Below, piece after piece: positions 61,174 to 64,000 of a DNA stretch of 64,000 bases. Both the position numbers and the translations under genes were made by a program. The stretch's first letter is position 1. Each line of letters opens with the position of its first letter. The stretch comes from a virus (lineage: Duplodnaviria; Caudoviricetes). The DNA lies in IMG/VR virus record IMGVR_UViG_3300037484_000235, positions 1 to 64,000 of that record; one strand, 5' to 3'. The notes beneath the pieces are model-generated. The model was not told where the DNA came from. It saw only the letters and a list, made by a program, of their open reading frames with translations, and searched no databases.

Positions 61174-61395
61174 TCATGACTTCCTCAGCTTTGCCAGCTC
61201 GGTTTCCATCCGGTCCCCGAATGCAGCCGCTTCCTTGAAGAGGATTCCAAGATCCCCGGGGATCTGCTCACCCACCTTCTCAAAAGGAACGGATTGCAGT
61301 TGCCGAACGGCTTCTTCAAGATTTCGTCGCATATCGCGCACGATACGTTCCCGTTCGTTTAGAGGCAGACCCTCCCATGTCGTAGAGGTGCTCAT
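61174..61395 (-). CDS. hypothetical protein
   Basis: GAGG upstream. Confidence 0.65.
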   Translation of the reverse strand: MSTSTTWEGLPLNERERIVRDMRRNLEEAVRQLQSVPFEKVGEQIPGDLGILFKEAAAFGDRMETELAKLRKS

Positions 61396-61400
61396 GGCCC

Positions 61401-61706
61401 TCAGGTGTCCTCTCGCATGCCACCACGAAGGCGGTCTGCTACGTCTTCGAGGCCCCGTCGGAGACTCGGTGGCATCTCCGTGCCCTCGATCATCTTGAGC
61501 GCCGACTCACAGATGTTCTTGAAGCGGGCCCGTGCGCTCTTGCCCGTGGACTTGGGCAGCCCGTAGGCCGTTGCCGCATGGCAGTCCGCCAGGTAGAGGG
61601 CGATGCTCTTCCAGTGAGCGGCCTCCTGCTCCGCCGTGGTGACGGCTGCGCTCAGGCGGTCGATGCGCTCGTTGCTGGTCTCAGGCTTGGTGAGATCGTG
61701 GGTCAT
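61401..61706 (-). CDS. hypothetical protein
   Basis: Follows the element; YLADCHAATA. Confidence 0.7.
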   Translation of the reverse strand: MTHDLTKPETSNERIDRLSAAVTTAEQEAAHWKSIALYLADCHAATAYGLPKSTGKSARARFKNICESALKMIEGTEMPPSLRRGLEDVADRLRGGMREDT

Positions 61707-61716
61707 TTGACGGTTC

Positions 61717-61769
61717 CCTCACCTGTATAACGGGTGAGGGCCAGACGATTACACGACGATTACACGATT
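61717..61769 (-). promoter_or_regulatory. bipartite element with a tandem box
   Basis: GATTACACGAC-GATTACACGATT (11-bp period); N16 to CGTTATACAGGTGAGG. Confidence 0.85.
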
Positions 61770-62554
61770 CATCGGCGAGGATACTGCGGGCGAGGGATCT
61801 TCCCACCCCCAGCAAGCAGGTCCATGGGCACCTCTGTGCCGAACTTGCTTCCACCAGTGATCCGCACGAATCCCGGAGGTAGACCCGGATCTCGGTGCAC
61901 CCGGCCAAGGGCCTGTGTCACATCCCCCAGAGGCATTCCAGGAGTCCGACGCACCGTGGACTTGTCCGACGGACGTACCGGGCGCTCCTCATTGCGGATG
62001 ATGGTCTTCGTGACCCCGGCCCGCATCGCAGCCTCAAGCTGGTCCATGACGGCCATGCGCCCCGCTCGGGACTGAGGTGGTGTAGGCGCAATCTCAGGCA
62101 CCTTGCAGCGGCCACAACACGGGCCGAGGTGCTCGTCTTCTGCTGCATTGCACTCAGGCTCCGCAGGTTGGCCAAAAGGGAGTGCTTCCAGTTCGTGCCG
62201 GGCGATGCGGCGGCCCACGATGTTGACCTGGCGCAGGTCAGTGGCAATAGCCGTGAGAGCGAGTACAAGAGGGTGAGTCTCCCCGTCGAAGTGCTCCACG
62301 TAGCGGCTGCGTTCGACCTTGAGACGTCCAAGAGCAATCTTCTTGCCCTTCTCACGATCGAACACCTCACCTGGGATGAGATACGTGAAGAACGTGTCTG
62401 GCAGGGGCCCAGGCTCAGTTACCCAGTGCGGGGGCTTGTTGACGGAGTACGCGATGTAGAGCGACGAGCCCTTGATTTGAGTCACGAGGGTCATGACTCG
62501 GTCTGGATTGCGCAGGTCTTGGATGTATCGAATCTTGGTATTTGGAGTAGTCAT
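61769..62554 (-). CDS. hypothetical protein, paralog of 1311-1850 with C-terminal extension
   Basis: KIRYIQDLRNPDRVMTLVT...PGEVFDREKGKKIALGRL. Confidence 0.8.
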   Translation of the reverse strand: MTTPNTKIRYIQDLRNPDRVMTLVTQIKGSSLYIAYSVNKPPHWVTEPGPLPDTFFTYLIPGEVFDREKGKKIALGRLKVERSRYVEHFDGETHPLVLALTAIATDLRQVNIVGRRIARHELEALPFGQPAEPECNAAEDEHLGPCCGRCKVPEIAPTPPQSRAGRMAVMDQLEAAMRAGVTKTIIRNEERPVRPSDKSTVRRTPGMPLGDVTQALGRVHRDPGLPPGFVRITGGSKFGTEVPMDLLAGGGKIPRPQYPRR

Positions 62555-62577
62555 TGTGTTCTCTACGCTCTTTGAAG

Positions 62578-63216
62578 TCAAGATTTGTGCTTCCAGTCAG
62601 CGAAAAGCGTGAGCCACTCTTCGAATGGTACAAAGCGATCGTACGTCCACCATCCACCAGCCTCGTTTGCGTAGTCCATCAAACTAGCCAGCTCCCTCTC
62701 AGTTACGAGACCCATTCCGTACTTAAGGTCTCCACTGCCACAGGCGGCTTCCCACAGATCGGATTCAATCTCCGAACTCCAACCAGCGCACCACGTCTCT
62801 TCAGAGATTTCCCGAATACGGCTATCCAGGAGAAGTGCAGCATTCTGGTTCCGTGCCTCACGTAATGAGGCCTCACGTGCGCCCATACGATTCTTCTGGA
62901 TCTCAGCATGTCTAGCGAGACCATCCTCAGCGATCACACGTTGTGTCGGCCAACACATATCGCAACAATCTGACGGCTGCCACACCATCACATCCTGTTC
63001 TTCCGGGATGTTGTCGGACCAACGGTCGTAGAATTTACCGCAGTGCTTACACGTGCAGCATTGTTCGGCGTGCGCACGGCTACCCTCGGCATATCGAGCC
63101 ACGTTCTCATCTGTATTCGAGGTCATGCACGTGCCTGCACCTCCGATGTGACGACACTTGCTGCACACCCAAGCATAGGTCACACCATCTGGTCCGAACA
63201 ATCGGAACGCTTCCAT
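62578..63216 (-). CDS. hypothetical protein with zinc fingers
   Basis: CSKC, CKHC and CDMC; ISEETWCAGW. Confidence 0.7.
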   Translation of the reverse strand: MEAFRLFGPDGVTYAWVCSKCRHIGGAGTCMTSNTDENVARYAEGSRAHAEQCCTCKHCGKFYDRWSDNIPEEQDVMVWQPSDCCDMCWPTQRVIAEDGLARHAEIQKNRMGAREASLREARNQNAALLLDSRIREISEETWCAGWSSEIESDLWEAACGSGDLKYGMGLVTERELASLMDYANEAGGWWTYDRFVPFEEWLTLFADWKHKS

Positions 63217-63219
63217 CTT

Positions 63220-63642
63220 CTACCCCTTTGTCCAAGTCCAAACGTACGAGGCTGTCTTGAATCCAGCGCTCCGAACCCGCTTCTTCTTGAAACCATTTTT
63301 CTCGTAGAACCTCTGTTGGTCTTCTGGGTTTGCCCCATACCCACCCGGCACAACATGTACCTTTGTGGCACCCATCGAGACTGCCTTCTCCAGTGCGAGA
63401 TTCAACAGTGTGGACCCGATGCCCTTGCCCCTTACCTCTGGAGATCCTTGCACTATAGCCCTAGCTACCCACCAGTCCTCAGGGCCCCCGAGAGTGTCTA
63501 GGTCGACAGTCCCACGATTCATCCCGGCATACCAGGAAGCTGAGCAGGATTGTCCATGCCCTTGGACGACAACCTTGCCTGGTGGGAGACTCGGGTTTGC
63601 GAGGAGTAGTGTTTCGGACTCCTGGGTCTGTTGCGTTACCAC
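63220..63642 (-). CDS. GNAT-family acetyltransferase
   Basis: VRGKGIGSTLL (motif A), then RFYEKNGF. Confidence 0.85.
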   Translation of the reverse strand: MVTQQTQESETLLLANPSLPPGKVVVQGHGQSCSASWYAGMNRGTVDLDTLGGPEDWWVARAIVQGSPEVRGKGIGSTLLNLALEKAVSMGATKVHVVPGGYGANPEDQQRFYEKNGFKKKRVRSAGFKTASYVWTWTKG

Positions 63643-63649
63643 GGGTGAT

Positions 63650-64000
63650 TTACTCTTCCGGTACCAAATCTGTCTTGCCAGTCAGGTAGTCGAGAAGATC
63701 GAGACGCCCACCGTAATTGGCCCGGATCGTCTTTCTTCCGAGAAATCTATGGGCATAGATCCTGTGCCACCCGTCAATAATCACTGGGATGGGGTAGACA
63801 TTACCCCCATCACACACGTTGTCCACGCTGATGGGATCTTCAAGGCCCTCTGGATTTAATAATATCCAACGGATTCTGGCGACGTGCCATCTTCGGTAAG
63901 CTGGGATCTCTGGGTCATCCGGCCGAGTGGTGTGGTCCCCTGCGCCGAGGACCCCGATGTCCTTGTTTGATGCCTTGCTGACAGATCTGAGTGTGAGGCG
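63650..64000 (-). CDS. ParB/Srx-like protein, 5'-truncated by the window edge (not in ORF track)
   Basis: Open frame to the edge; DPISVD...PVIIDGWHRIYAHRFLG. Confidence 0.7.
   Translation of the reverse strand, partial: RLTLRSVSKASNKDIGVLGAGDHTTRPDDPEIPAYRRWHVARIRWILLNPEGLEDPISVDNVCDGGNVYPIPVIIDGWHRIYAHRFLGRKTIRANYGGRLDLLDYLTGKTDLVPEE

Noticed and set aside
61053-61238. Track ORF 61053-61238 and the long form of 60762-61040
   Set aside because: Both run through the inverted-repeat arms (each gives SRAACRSGF). The supported start is ATG 60947 behind the promoter element.
7816-61769. Repeated GATTACACGATT as a CRISPR array
   Set aside because: Copies are dispersed at irregular, mostly kb-scale distances on both strands, each ahead of a gene; there is no repeat-spacer periodicity and no cas gene.
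1-64000. tRNA or rRNA genes
   Set aside because: No cloverleaf with D and T-psi-C arms was recognised by eye; tRNAscan-SE or ARAGORN would be decisive.

Overview
This 64 kb window reads as the accessory, probably early-expressed, region of a large GC-rich tailed phage (inference). It holds about 165 tightly packed, mostly short ORFs with frequent ATGA/GTGA/TTGA overlaps. I found no capsid, terminase, polymerase, rRNA, tRNA or CRISPR signal. Genes run mainly on + from 1 to 24.2 kb and mainly on - from 25.6 to 64 kb, with short + islands at 40.6-41.5 kb and 43.1-44.9 kb. Recognisable products include a DUF6891-like protein, two free-standing homing endonucleases, a DUF4343 ATP-grasp, DUF5131, an XRE-HTH regulator, YggL, DUF3310, an RlaP-like nucleotidyltransferase, two cyclic-phosphate-processing receiver-like proteins, a CCA/poly(A)-polymerase-family enzyme fused to a ParB-like domain, dCTP deaminase, an N6-adenine methyltransferase and a GNAT. 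The dominant non-coding signal is a bipartite element, AATCGTGTAA-N16-CGTTA, followed by a GGTGAG ribosome-binding site. It occurs at 22 sites, always oriented with the downstream gene. The best novelty candidates are: a roughly 154-nt structured RNA closed by a 26-bp stem (61.0-61.2 kb); a MoaD/ubiquitin-like protein ending PPMAGG with a coupled partner; an unannotated 38-aa mini type IV pilin; proteins sharing an N-terminal leader and K/R-x-A junction motifs suggestive of virion packaging and processing; a truncated RecA mimic; and an origin-like repeat/hairpin locus near 2 kb. Family assignments are from motif recognition by eye; no database searches were run.
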